Position numbers and translations under genes: made by a program. From positions 1,116,001 to 1,180,000 of the forward strand of contig NW_027211801.1 of assembly GCF_036971445.1 (NCBI RefSeq): 64,000 bases of DNA, in the 5' to 3' direction. Below the pieces are notes generated by a model. It had not been told where the DNA came from and did not search any database. It saw only the letters and a program-made list of their open reading frames with translations. Numbering within the stretch: position 1 is the first letter of the stretch; the number at the start of each line of letters is the position of its first letter. This document shows, piece after piece, positions 51,136 to 64,000 of the stretch. The DNA comes from Narcine bancroftii. Lineage: Eukaryota.

Positions 51136-51144
51136 TTCCAGCAG

Positions 51145-51765
51145 CGATGTCACACCTTGTCCCATGGAGCCCTGGAAATGCGGTATTAAAGAGAAGACTG
51201 TAAATCAGTCTTGAGTTGACTAATCTGGTGTTTGTCTTTTTATTAATTTAGTAGCTCTACCGCAGTAGCCGCTACAATTGGTGACCTGACTGCAAGATTC
51301 AGCTGAAGCTTGAGACTACAGTTATAATGGATGCAGCTACAGCAGAAGCGGCACCCACCACCACGGCGGGTGTTAACGCAGTGGGATTTCACTTGCCTCC
51401 TTTCTGGATCTATCTACCTCGGGTATGGCTTATTCAGTTTGAAACCCAGTTTCGTCTTCGAGGCACAACAGCAGAGGACATGAAATTCTGGCAAGTCGTA
51501 TGTGCGTTGGACACTGCTACCGCATCTCGAGTAAGCGAATTTATTGCCAATCCCCCGATGGAAAACCAGTACACCAGGATCCGCCAGTTTCTACTTGATA
51601 CACTGGAAATGACAAGACAGGAGCGTGGCATGCAGCCTTTGAACATGGAAGGCCTGGGTGAGAGGAATCCATCGTACCTAAGGATGAAATGCTCACGTTT
51701 GTGGATGGTCATTCTCATTGCCTGCTCTTTGAAACACTATTCCTATCCAAGTTCCCAGCTCATGT
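51145..51765 (+). mobile_element. Gypsy (CsRn1-like) LTR end, PBS and gag
   Basis: ...TACA-AT-TGGTGAC PBS at ~51279. Gag NAVGFHLPPFW..P.VW..QFE.QF. Confidence 0.8.
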
Positions 51766-52239
51766 CACCATACCCATCTGAAGTGCCTAACTGCCTCTAC
51801 CTTTTTGGGCCAAAGTGTCGCCCCCGTGACCGTTGATCCTGTGGCTTAGAAAGTCTATTGTTTCTATCCCAAACTGGCATTTGGTCAGGTTGATTGTTAG
51901 GCCAAAGTCACTCAGGGGAGTGCACAGTTGTCCTAGGTGGGCTGTATGCTCTTTGCGATTGCAGCTGGGTATCAGGTAAATGAATGCAAACCTGGGTCCC
52001 ACCCAACTGCGTCCATGACTCTCTGGAAGGTCTGAACTGCATGTTTGAGTCCGAAAGACATCCTTAGGATGTCATTGGGGTAGACTTAGGGATGTCATTG
52101 GGGTAGACTGGGATCTAAATGACAGCCTTGGATAAGGTCGACCTTGGAGAATATCCGCGCCCCGAAAGGTTCGCGGTGAAATCATGTGCATGTGGCATTG
52201 GATAGCTGTCTGGTGTGGTGGCCTCCTCATAGCCTCCAC

Positions 52240-53311
52240 CCTCCTCTTCTTTGGCTTGGCTTCGCGGACGAAGATTTATGGAGGGGGTAAAAAGTCCACG
52301 TCAGCTGCAGGCTCGTTTGTGGCTGACAAGTCCGATACGGGACAGGCAGACACGATTGCAGCGGTTGCAAGGGAAAATTGGTTGGTTGGGGTTGGGTGTT
52401 GGGTTTTTCCTCCTTTGCCTTTTGTCAGTGAGGTGGGCTCTGCGGTCTGCTTCAAAGGAGGTTGCTGCCCGCCAAACTGTGAGGCGCCAAGATGCACGGT
52501 TTGAGGCGTTATCAGCCCACTGGCGGTGGTCAATGTGGCAGGCACCAAGAGATTTCTTTAGGCAGTCCTTGTACCTTTTCTTTGGTGCACCTCTGTCACG
52601 GTGGCCAGTGGAGAGCTCGCCATATAACACGATCTTGGGAAGGCGATGGTCCTCCATTCTGGAGACGTGACCCATCCAGCGCAGCTGGATCTTCAGCAGC
52701 GTGGGCTCGATGCTGTCGACCTCTGCCATCTCGAGTACTTCGACGTTAGGGGTGTAAGCGCTCCAATGGATGTTGAGGATGGAGCGGAGACAACGCTGGT
52801 GGAAGCGTTCTGGGAGCCGTAGGTGGTGCCGGTAGAGGACCCATGATTCGGAGCCGAACAGGAGTGTGGGTATGACAACGGCTCTGTATATGCTTATCTT
52901 TGTGAGGTTTTTCACTTGGTTGTTTTTCCAGACTCTTTTGTGTAGTCTTCCAAAGGCGCTATTTGCCTTGGCGAGTCTGTTGTCTATCTCATTGTCGATC
53001 CTTGCATCTGATGAAATGGTGCAGCCGAGATAGGTAAACTGGTTGACCGTTTTGAGTTTTGTGTGCCCGATGGAGATGTGGGGGGGCTGGTAATCATGGT
53101 GGGGAGCTGGCTGATGGAGGACCTCAGTTTTCTTCAGGCTGACTTCCAGGCCAAACATTTTGGCAGTTTCCGCAAAGCAGGACGTCAAGCGCTGAAGAGC
53201 TGGCTCTGAATGGGCAACTAAAGCGGCATCATCTGCAAAGAGTAGTTCACGGACAAGTTTCTCTTGTGTCTTGGTGTGAGATTGCAGGCGCCTCAGATTG
53301 AAGAGACTGCC
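52240..53311 (-). mobile_element. Young RTE LINE, ~1.07-kb 3' fragment with open ORF
   Basis: LLFADDAAL, FTYLGCTIS and a C-terminal zinc knuckle in an uninterrupted 295-aa ORF. Confidence 0.93.
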
Positions 53312-54224
53312 AATAGTACCATATGCAGGGGCAAGGCTCAGGGACTGTTGGAATGCTGAAGGATCCCCAGCTCCTCCATCTTTTTAAACTCCTCCTTCAT
53401 GAGGTTGAGTTTCTCGGGAGAAAGGCGACGCACCCTGGCGTGGAGTGGGGGGGTTGGCCCTCTGTCAGGATGTGGTGCCATACCCTGTGCTTGGGCTCGG
53501 CTGAGGTAAACTGTGGCACCATGATGGAAGGGAACTCAGCCAAGATGCTTGCGAATTCGTTATTAGACACTGTGATGGAGTCAGGGTGGGGTAGAAGGGG
53601 TGGTAATCACTTCCCCCAGGGAAAAAGTCTGGAAGGTTCTGCCATGCACCAAATGCCATCCTTTGTGGTCCACTAGCAGACAGTATGCTCCCAGGACTGA
53701 CTGTGCGACCACTGCCAGTGTGAAGGTCCACGGGAAACGGCTATTGGCAAAGCAGAAGTAGATGGTACATGCTGAAGGTCCTTGTACTGCTACTGTTCAC
53801 TGCCCCCAGGGTTGGGCCTGGCTTCCCATTCCCAGTGTCGTAGGCTGAGGGGGGAGAAGGACACTAACCTCGTCACCCGTGTTGACCAGGAGCTGCCATC
53901 CCGAGAGGAAGTCCCAGACATGGAGGAGGCTGTCTCCTTGGCCAACCTCCATAGTCACTAGTGACAGCTGGCCACAGCGTCACCCTGAAATGTGCAGAGG
54001 GGGTGGCAAGCTCACCATGTAGTAGTACTTCGTGGGGTCGACGGAGACCAGCCGGAGCTAGAACTAGGCTTTGGCCTGTTCGGACCACACCAGTGGCTGT
54101 GTTGTCCAGAACATTGGCATTCATCTTTGGGTCCAAATGCTGTTTGGACCGGTCAGGGTCACCAGTGTAATGAGCACTGCAGCAGAGTGGTAGAGCAACA
54201 CACACACTCAATGTGACTGAAGCT

Positions 54225-57200
54225 GAGGAAGTCACGTGATGGAGTAGTGGCCGGACGGTGAACTCCAGCCCTCTCCAGAAAAGTTGAAAAAAATAAAGGA
54301 AAGCACAAAGGGACAAAAATAAAAATTAAAGTAAAGTGAATATAAAGGTGGAAAGAAGATGGCGACGAAAAAAGAAAAGTCGAAACCAATGGTAAGAAGA
54401 GAGGAAGAGAAGACAATGGAGGAAGAAGGAGAAGGCCTTACCTGTTCGAAGAGGCCCGCGGTGGAGAGAGTAGCCCGTTCCCTCAGGTCGGTAGAAAGTG
54501 GACTACAAAAATGGCTCGCTGAGCCGAGTAAAAGTGCGCAACCGCGCATGCGCGACTCCTTGCGCATGCGCGATGCGCATGCAAAAAACACACTGACGGG
54601 AGGGGCGACCAGCTGGGGAGTCGATCTCCACAGCCAGCAATGACAGCTGCAGAACACCTGCAGCAAGAAGAGAACACAGAAGACAACGAAAACAAGAAAG
54701 AAGAGAAGAAAAAGAAAACAAAGAAACAACAGATGGCCAACCCAGAGGAAGAAGAAGAGGAAGAGGAAGAGTACAGTGAAATGGAAGAAGAAGGGAAAGG
54801 CAAGATAAAGGAGGTACTTTCTCTTATTAAAGGATACATGGATTCATTTAAAGAATGGCAAGCTAGTGATTTAAGAAGAAGAATAAACAGTACAGAAGAG
54901 AAAGTGAATAAAATAGATATGACCATATCAGAAATAGGAAAAAGAATGGACAAGGTGGAAGAACGAGAAGCAGCAGTAGAAATGGAGGTAGAGGACTTAA
55001 AAAAGAAATTAGAAGAATCTAATAAAAAAGTTAAAGAGACATAAGAGCTGTTAGCTCAGAAAATAGATATAATGGAAAATTATAACAGAAGAAATAATAT
55101 AAAGATAGTGGGCCTTAAGGAAGATGAAGAAGGCAAGAATATGAGAGAGTTTATAAAAGATTGGATCTCCAGGATCTTAGGATGTCCAGAACTACAGCAA
55201 GAAATGGAAATAGAAAGGGCACATAGAGCATTAGCCTTTAAACCACAACCACAACAAAAGCCAAGATCCATTTTAGTAAAATTCCTAAGATATACTACAA
55301 GAGAAAAGGTACTGGAGAAAACAATGGAGAAAGTAAGAGAGGACAACAAGCCACTGGAATACAAAGGGCAAAAAATTTTTATTTATCCAGATATAAGTTT
55401 TGAACTCCTGAGAAGAGAAAGGAGTTCAATACAGCAAAGGCGATTTTATGGAAGAAAGGGTATAAATTTATACTAAAGCATCCAGCGGTATTGAAAATAT
55501 TTATTCCAGGACAGCAAAACAGACTATTCTCGGATCCAGGGGAAGCACGAAAATTTGCAGATCAATTACAAAATAGACTGAGAGATGAAGACGTGTAACG
55601 AGAGTACAAAAGACTGCGAACTAAAAAGACGTGTGTATTGGACTATATACATATATAATACATATATTACATAAGTGTATGTGCATTTAAAAGAAAATAT
55701 ATAGTGTATAGAGAAGAATTAATGAGGGAAAAAAAGGGGAAGAGAGGAGTAAAGAGGGAATTTAGAGAGTGACCTTTGTTGTATATAAAAATTGAAATCT
55801 TTTCTTGGGGGGGCTGGGTAGGGAGAAATTACGGCCACTGCAAAATCAGTTGACGCTTGCGAGTGAATTCACAAATCCAAATGGAGAGGGGAGATGTGGT
55901 TGCCCGACAAGGGATAATGGGCAACTCAGGAAGGGGAGGGGACAATGGGGTTAAAGAAATATTAGGTAGGAGAATAAGGGGAATGTTTGATGTGTTAAAA
56001 ATGTTGTCTTATAAACTGTTCAAAGAAAGAAAGCAGAAATGGATGAGAAGGAAAGGTGATGATGAGGAAACGGAAGGGAAAGATAAACAAAGTATAAAAA
56101 AACTATATGACTTTAAATATTAATGGAATACATAAACAAATCAAAAGGAAGAAACTGCTAAATTTACTGAAAAAAGAAAAAATTGATATTGCATTTGTGC
56201 AAGAAACACACTTAACTGAAGTGGAGCACAAGAAATTAAAGAGAGATTGGATAGGACATGTAACGGCAGCGTCATATAACTCAAAAGCTAGAGGAGTGGC
56301 TATATTAATCAGTAAAATGTACCAATTAAAATAGAAGAGGAAATAATAGATCCAGCAGGAAGATATGTAATGATAAAATGTCAGATATATTCGGAGTTTT
56401 GGAATTTACTTAATATATATTCACCTAATGAAGAAGATCAAAAATTTATGCAGGATATTTTTCTGAAGATAGCAGATACGCAAGGGAATATATTAATAGG
56501 AGGGGATATCAATCTCAATTTTGATTCAAACATAGATAAAACCAGGAAAAAAATTAACAGAAAGAATAAAGTAACCAAATTTATAATTAAATCAATGCAA
56601 GAAATGCAACTTTTGGATATATGGAGGAAACAACACCCAAAGGAAAAGGAATATTCATATTATTCGGATAGACATAAAACATATTCAAGAATAGATTTAT
56701 TCCTGTTTTCAGCTTGTATACAAGATAGAGTTAGGAAAACAGAATATAAAGCTAGAATATTATCGGACCATTCACCCTTGATATTGACAATAGAGTTAGA
56801 GGATATCCCTCCAAAAATGTATAGATGGAGATTAAACCCCATGCTACTTAAAAGACAGGATTTTAGAGAATTCATAGAAAGACAAATTAAAATGTATTTT
56901 GAAATAAATACGGAATCAGTGAAGGATAAGTTTATATTATGGGACGCAATGAAAGCGTTCATCAGAGGGCAAATAATAAGTTACGTAACTAAGATGAAGA
57001 AGGATTACAATCAGGAAACAGAACAGTTGGAAAAGGAAATAGCAGATATAGAGAAAGAATTGGCAAGGAAGGAAGACACTACTAAAAGAAGGGAATTGGT
57101 AGATAAAAAAATAAAATATGAAACATTTCAAACATATAAGGTGGTGAAAAATATAATGAAGACAAAGCAGAAATATTACGAACTAGGAGAAAAAACACAC

Positions 57201-60089
57201 AAAATTCTAGCGTGGCAGCTTAAGACAGAACAAACTAAAAGAATGGTATTGGCATCAAGGAAAAAAGACAAACAGATCACATATAATCCAACGGAAATTA
57301 ATGAAAATTTCAGAGAATTCTACCAAACTGAAAACGAAGGGAAAGAAGGCAAAATAGATGAATTCTTAACTAAAATTGAACTACTGAAATTACAAACAGA
57401 GGAACAAAATAAATTAATAGAACCATTTGAAATAGTAGAAATAGAAGAGACAATAAAAAATCTGCCGAATAATAAAACACCAGGAGAGGATGGTCTCCCA
57501 ATAGAATTCTATAAAACATTTAAAGATTTATTAATTCCTCCCCTCCTGGAAGTAATCAACCAGATTGATAAAACACAAAGCTTACCAGATTCGTGCAAAA
57601 CAGCAATAATTACAATAATACCAAAGGCAGGGAAAGATCCACTTGCACCAGCATCATATCGACCAATATCTCTACTTAACACAGATTACAAGATAATAGC
57701 TAAATTATTAGCAAACAGATTAGCTGATTATGTACCAAAAATAGTAAGTCTAGACCAAACTGGATTCATAAAAAAAAGACGAACAATAGATAATATTTGT
57801 AAGTTTATTAACTTAATTCATGCAGTAGAAGGAAATAAAACTCCAACAGTAGCGGTTGCTTTAGACGCAGAGAAGGCCTTCGACAGAGTAGAATGGAATT
57901 ATTTATTCAAGGTACTACAAAAATTTAGTTTACCAGAGAAATATATTAATTGGATTAAAGCATTATATAAGGGGCCATTGGCAAAAATGACAGTAAATGG
58001 ATATGTATCAAAACATTTTAACTTAAGCAGATCAACAAGACAGGGATGCCCTTATTGTTCGCGTTAGCCATAGAACCACTTGCAGAACTGATAAGAACAG
58101 AAAATAAAATAAAAGGGATAAAAATAAAAGGCAAGGAATACAAAATCAGTTTATTTGCAGATGATGTTATAGTATACCTAACGGAACCAGAAACATCAAT
58201 AAAAGAATGACATAAGAAATTGAAGGAGTATGGAGAAGTGTCGGGAGACAAAATTAATGCAAATAAAAGTGAAGCAATGCCAATGAATAATGTGGATTTC
58301 TCAAAATTCAAGAAAGAATCACTGTTTAGATGGCAAATGCAAACAATACGATACCTAGGTATACAAATAAATAAAAACCTCAGCCATCTATATAAACTTA
58401 ATTATTATCCACTAATGAAAAAAATACAGGAAGATTTAGAGCATTGGAAAGACTTACCATTAACACTAATAGGAAGGATAAACTGTATTAAAATGAAAAT
58501 TTTTCCAAGGATACAATACCTATTTCAGGCACTGCCAATACACTTGACAGAAAAATTTTTTAAGGAGTTAAAGAAAATAATAAGGACATTTTTATGGAAA
58601 GGGGGGTATCCGAGGATAGCACTAGATAAATTAACAGAATGGTATAGACAAGGAGGCTTACAACTGCCAAATTTTAAAAATTATTATAGAGCCGCACAAT
58701 TAAGATAGCTATCAGATTTTTACCAAACAAAAGAAAAGCCAGATTGGACTAGATTAGAGCTAGACAAAATAGGGGAGAAGATACCTGAACATATATTATA
58801 TAAATGGGATGAAAAATTGGTAAAACATAGGAATTCTCCAGTATTGCACCATTTGCTTAATATTTGGAAGAAGATTCATGTAGAAAGAAATAAAACAAAC
58901 TACCAATTATCAAAACTAATACTGACGCAAAATCAGCTAATCCCTTTTACGGTAGATAACCTGTCTTTTAGAGAATGGGAGAAAAAAGGGATTAAAAGAA
59001 TAGAAAATTGTTTTTCGGGGAATAAATTATTATCCTTTGAACAAATGAAGGATAAATATAATATAACTCAAGATACAGTGCTGGCATATTACCAGTTGAA
59101 ATCCTATTTAAAGGATAAATTGGGAAGGAAGCAATTTTGAATATCTGATTACAGACACAATGATAATTAAAAAATTTATAACAAACATGTATATCAAATT
59201 ACAAGAAAAGGAGAATGAGGAAATAAATGATAAAACTAAACAAAAGTGGGAACAAGATCTAAACATAAAGATAAAAAAGGAAACATGGGAGAGGTTATGT
59301 TTAGGAACTATGAGAAATACAATAAATATGAGATTACGTATGATACAATATAATTGGATACATAGGTTATATATCACTCCTCAAAAGTTAAATAAATGGG
59401 ATCCAACAGTATCTGACAGATGTTTTCGTTGTAAAAAAGAAATAGGAACAACAATTCATGCAATCTGGACTTGAGAAAAGGTGAAACAATTTTGGGAAGA
59501 TCTAAACCAGATATTAAACAAAATTACAGAAAGCAATATACCAAAAAACCCAGAGATCTTCCTGCTAAGTAACATAAAAAATAAAGAATTTGGACTTGAT
59601 TTGGAGGGTGTACAAAAAGATTTGTTAAGATAGCCCTACCTGTAGCAAAAAAATGTATTATGTCAAACTGGAAATTAGAAGATAATTTGAAAATACAGCA
59701 ATGGTATATAGAAATGAATAAATGTATTCCATTAGAAAAAATAACATATAGTTTAAGAAATAATATAACATTATTTGAACAAATATGGGAACCGTACATG
59801 GAATATAATAGAGAAAACCTACCGGGACATCTATCACCTAAAATGACAAAAGGAAAAGAGAATGGAAAGAATTGACTCAGTGGAAGTTTTTGTTCGTTAA
59901 TGTTGAGTGACAACATTGTTTGATGGGTTTGATGTATCTTGGACTCAGAGTTTTGAATGGATGGAGGGGGAGGTGGGGGGGGAGGGGAGGAGGGAGGGGG
60001 AGAAAACGACACTGTATATATTTGAAAGGAGAAATGTGTATATCTTGAATAATGTGATCTATAGTGTGAAAAATAAAAAATTAAAAAAA
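54225..60089 (+). mobile_element. Full-length L1 (5'UTR, ORF1, ORF2 EN-RT-Cys, poly-A), mildly decayed
   Basis: Perfect 15-bp TSD AATGTGACTGAAGCT (54210-54224 / 60090-60104). ORF1 ENYNRRNNIKIVG. ORF2 TLNING, QETHL, SDHSP, LDAEKAFDRV, FADD, CFRC..H. A few stops and frameshifts. Confidence 0.97.
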
Positions 60090-60344
60090 AATGTGACTGA
60101 AGCTTAGACTGCTTTTATTGCTCTCCCTGACCTTGCTTATATGTGCCCAGTTTCCCACCACTGGACCTGGTCTTCCTGCCATTGTTGATAGAAATGATGT
60201 CACCAACGTGCCAGCCGCTGATTTGTCAGCATTCCTGCCAATGTTCGCTGTTGCCCACCGTGCAGGTTATCGGCTGGGAAGAAAGGCAATTAGCCCACGC
60301 AGACTTTGTGAGATCATGTCACGAGTAGGGGGCCATTGCAAGAT

Positions 60345-60850
60345 CTCATTTGGAGTAACTGTGTGCAGTTTGGACCCCTTGTCTTAAAAAGGATGTAATA
60401 ATGTTGGAGAGAGTAAAGAGAAGATTTACTAGGATGATTCCTCAAGGGCATGAGGAACGTTATTGGTTCTTGGACTGTATTCATTGGAGTCTACAAGAAG
60501 GAGAGGGGGTTTCAGAAAAATTGAATCCTGAAACGAATGGACAGAGTTGATGTGAATAAGATGGTTCCCTTGGTGGGTGAATCCAGGACATGAGGGCACA
60601 GTCTTAGAATGAGCAGGTACAACAGAGATGAGGAGAAATTTCTTTAGCCAGAGGGTCGTGGATTTGTGGACTTCATGGCCACATCCAGCTGTGGAGGCCG
60701 GATCATTAGGGAAGTTTAATGGGGAGATTGATAGGTATCTAATTAGTCAGTATCAAGGGATATGGAATAAAATGTGAGTACAGTTTAGCTTCAGGTGGAT
60801 TTGTGGAGCAGACTCGATGGTCCGAATGGCCTCCTTCCTTTATGTTGTGC
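60345..60850 (+). mobile_element. CR1 3' fragment
   Basis: CR1 C-terminal and 3'UTR motifs. Confidence 0.7.
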
Positions 60851-61059
60851 CCTATGATGCCCCATTGATCACTGGATCATTCGCCTCTGGTTTTCCCTTC
60901 CTGAAGTCAACAATCAGCTCCTTGGTTTTTGTGACATTGAGGGCAATGTTTTTGTTTGAATATTTGATTTAAATTTTTTATCCGTACATGTAATAATAGC
61001 AAAATGCGGAAACATTCATCAAATATTAATGTTGTTTCCATTATACATGATGGTATGAA

Positions 61060-64000
61060 GTTCCAGCTTCACCGCATCACCGCCAATGAAATCATAAGCA
61101 CTTTCGATCAGGACAGTATATTTCCTACGGCAGTCTCCGGAGCAAGGCAAATAGGCGACCCTCAATGAGCTACTAACCCACATTTTCGAGCTCTCTGGCA
61201 GAGCGCGCTGCCCAATTGCTGTGTATGGATATATTAGGGCCCCACCAGCCCTAATGAGTTCTAATCGAGGACCACAAACCTTGCCTGCTCTTTGAGGATG
61301 TCTTCCTGGAGCAGCTGCCCGAGGTTATCCAACTCTTGCTCACGGACGAGGACTTCAGAAATCCTCGTCGTGTCACTGCCCAGGCAGACATGTTCTGGAC
61401 ACTGAAGAAAGACACCGGTGCCGTCATGGACCACAAACAACCCCCGGTGAGATCAAGGCCAGCAGAGAGGTAAGTGAACACCCTGCGACACCACCAGCAA
61501 TGGGGTGTGGAGGCCCATTGATGCTGCCCACCCTGTGAGTTACCAAAAAATGCCCTGGCCAACCATTGCTGATGGGTGCAGCGGTTGGCCCATGTGATAG
61601 CCTCCTCCACATCTGAGACTCACTGTCGGGCAGGCGTTTCCTGGTCAACACTGGCGCCAAGGTAAGCGCTCTACCCCCTGCAAACCTCGACACCCGCAAC
61701 AGCAAGGCCAAGCACTGAGGGCAGACAACAGCTCCTCCATTCGGACTTTTGGGACTCTCACCATCCTCCTTCATTTCGGCAACAGCCACTTTATATGGAC
61801 CTTCACCCTTGCGGCAGTGGCGGAACCGCTTCTGGGGGCCCAATTTCCTCCGGCCCACTGTTTGTTTGTTGACCTCGAGTGATGGCACTTGATGCACGCC
61901 AGAACCTTTCAGACTTTGTCTCTGGGGGAAGCCAAGCTACCTGCCCCCCCCCCCCCCCCCCCCGCCTCCTGGACTCTATAACACTGTTGGACATGAATTT
62001 GCCTGCATCCTGGCAGAGTTCCCCTCAATAGTGGCACAACAGTTCTTCATGGCTGAGCCAAAGCACAGAGTAAGGCAACACATACTGAGCGAGGGCCCCC
62101 TGCTCCATGCCAGGGCATGTTGACTCGCTCCCAAAAGCTCAGCTTGGCGAAGGAGGAGTTTAAAAAAGTGGACGACCTGGAGATTGTGTGGCACTTCAAC
62201 ATTCCCGGGCCTCTCCCTTCCACGTGGTGCCCAAATCAGCAGAGGTTTGGAGACTGTGTGGTGACTATACTGCCTCAACAAGGCCACCGCGCCTGACAGA
62301 TATCCTGTACCCCACATCCAAGAATTTACCACCAACCTGTATGAGGGCATGGGTGCTCTCCAAGATGGTCCTCATCCAGGTGTACCTCCAAATCCCAGTT
62401 CACCCCCAGGACATCCCCAAGACTGCAATCATAACCCCCCTTTGACCTTTTGGAATTTCTCTGAGTGTTTCAGTCTAAAGAACATGGCACAAACTTCACA
62501 GCTGATGGACGCAGTGGGTCGGGTCCTCCCATTTGTGTTCATCTATTTGGACGATATCCTCATCGCCAGCCGCAGCTGCAAAGACCACTCCGCCCACCTC
62601 AGATAACTGTGCACCCGCCTGAGTGAGTTCCAGGCGATGATCACCTCTGTGAAATGCCAGTTTGGTCTAGACACCATTTCCTGGGGCACAGGATTAACAG
62701 ACACAGGGCTACACCTCTCCCCAAGAAGTTTTCAGATGGTCTGGCATTTTGCTAAGCCACGTACAGTAAAAGGGCTACAGGAATTCACCGATAGAATAAA
62801 CTTTTACTGCAGGTACATACTGGCAGTGGCACACATCACGCTGGAAGACAAGGCAAAAGACATTACTGGGGATGAGGAATATTCCAGGGTGTTCCAGAAC
62901 GCCAAAGACATGCTGACCTTGATCACCCCTGACCAGAGGCACCTAACTGTCGATACCTGCAGCACAGAAGTAGGGGTTAGGTTGTGTTATGGAGTCCAGA
63001 GGACCCCAAAAATAAGCAGCAATAGAAATGCACCACAACACAGGGTCACTTCAACCAAAGTAGTTTTTAATTATATTTGAACAAGAAAACAGAATTAGAC
63101 TTTAACTTATTACTTAATCTACCTAACAATCCTCCCTTTAAAATATTTAAAATTACAGAAGTTCTTTGGATCACAGTCCAATTTCATTGGTTCCAGGCAA
63201 TTCTTGTACTGTGCACAGAAGTTAGCATTAACAAAGTTCACCAGGCTTTGATGTTTACCACTCAGGAGGGTTCTTGCTGGTTTTCAGGGAGAGATTCCTT
63301 TTCCAGAACATCTGCAACTGATTCCTTCTCAATCAGTCTTGCTGATGAAACATGCCCCCTTCAGGGTTCTCCAGATGATCTTCTTTCTTTCAGGTCACCT
63401 TTCAGTCCGCCAGTCTTCTCCTTTAACCAGGCAGCCTTCCAAAGTTTGCCAGCTTGTCCTTCTGGAACTGATTTCTGTGACTCTTTCTCTCTCTATCACT
63501 CCCTCCCTCTCTGAGAGCAAAGCTGTCTGTCTGCCTGGAAAAATCACATGCACTCCCAGCAAACTGCTGTATCTTGCTGCTTTGTTGCCTCCTGCAAAAA
63601 GCATTCTGCAAAAGTCCTACAAATATTCTGTGTTTTTAAAATATGGGTGTGCAAGCTGCTCTGACAAATTCTCTCAATTCATCTCTAAATACTCTGTGAC
63701 AGTTGGAACAATTCATCGAGGGCCTTTTTTACCAGTAAACTCTTCCCCCCCAGAACTCAAATACTGTGCTTTTGACCAAGAGCTATTAGCCTGAACCTGC
63801 TAATAAGACATTTCCGTAACTTTTTGGAAAGCCGGCAATTCAGGGTGTTCACCGATCGAAAGTTGCTGACCTTTGCCTTCCCTAAGGTTTCGGGCCCGTG
63901 TCGGCCCGACGACAGAGACACTTGTCCTACGTGTCTAAATTTACCAGGGGCATCCAACATATTGCGGGGAAAAACAGCGTGGTCGCCGTAGCTCAATCAT
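61060..64000 (+). mobile_element. Gypsy (CsRn1-like) relic: gag, protease, RT, RNase H (runs off the window)
   Basis: FLVNTGA, WRLCGDY, FIYLDDILIAS and FDQELLA...FTDRK. Confidence 0.88.
62985..63701. mobile_element. Solo LTR (717 bp) with 4-bp TSD GTTG
   Basis: TGTTA...TGACA termini, GTTG at 62981-62984 and 63702-63705. Interrupts the Gypsy RNase H region. Confidence 0.88.

Larger units (their letters stand above)
51770..60340 (-). mobile_element. Gypsy (CsRn1-like) relic whose LTR (54166-54224 + 60105-60340) is split by an L1, with RT split by an RTE
   Basis: PBS next to the LTR at 54166. Protease and RT remnants (KCQFG..TIDFL). Confidence 0.8.

Noticed and set aside
54232-54953. Hydrophobic antisense ORFs in the L1 5' region (ORF0-like)
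   Set aside because: Explained by the purine-rich sense strand; no independent support.

Overview
Repeat-dominated vertebrate genomic DNA, almost certainly from a cartilaginous fish (shark, skate or ray), based on HE1/V-SINE, CR1, L1, RTE, Penelope and Gypsy content and an elasmobranch-type Ig gene. The only intact host gene is an immunoglobulin light-chain cluster of the elasmobranch type II/NS3 ('lambda') class on the + strand. It has a leader exon (32284-32332), an already joined VJ exon with no RSS (32459-32821) and a C exon (39326-39651), giving 245 aa. Two dead paralogues flank it. One is an inverted joined-VJ pseudogene (~49895-50464). The other is an upstream tandem copy (21847-22784) in which the V domain is replaced by an in-frame 144-nt mini-exon (short N-terminus, FR2-like motif, J strand), a lambda5/surrogate-light-chain-like architecture and the most unusual item in the window. 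Everything else is nested transposable elements: a full-length L1 with a 15-bp TSD, a young CR1, near-identical RTE 3' ends, CsRn1-like Gypsy relics, solo LTRs with TSDs, an env-bearing ERV present as an inverted pair, and Tc1 and Penelope relics. Segmental duplications expose several empty insertion sites. TE boundaries are approximate unless a TSD is given. Family assignments come from motif recognition, not database searches.
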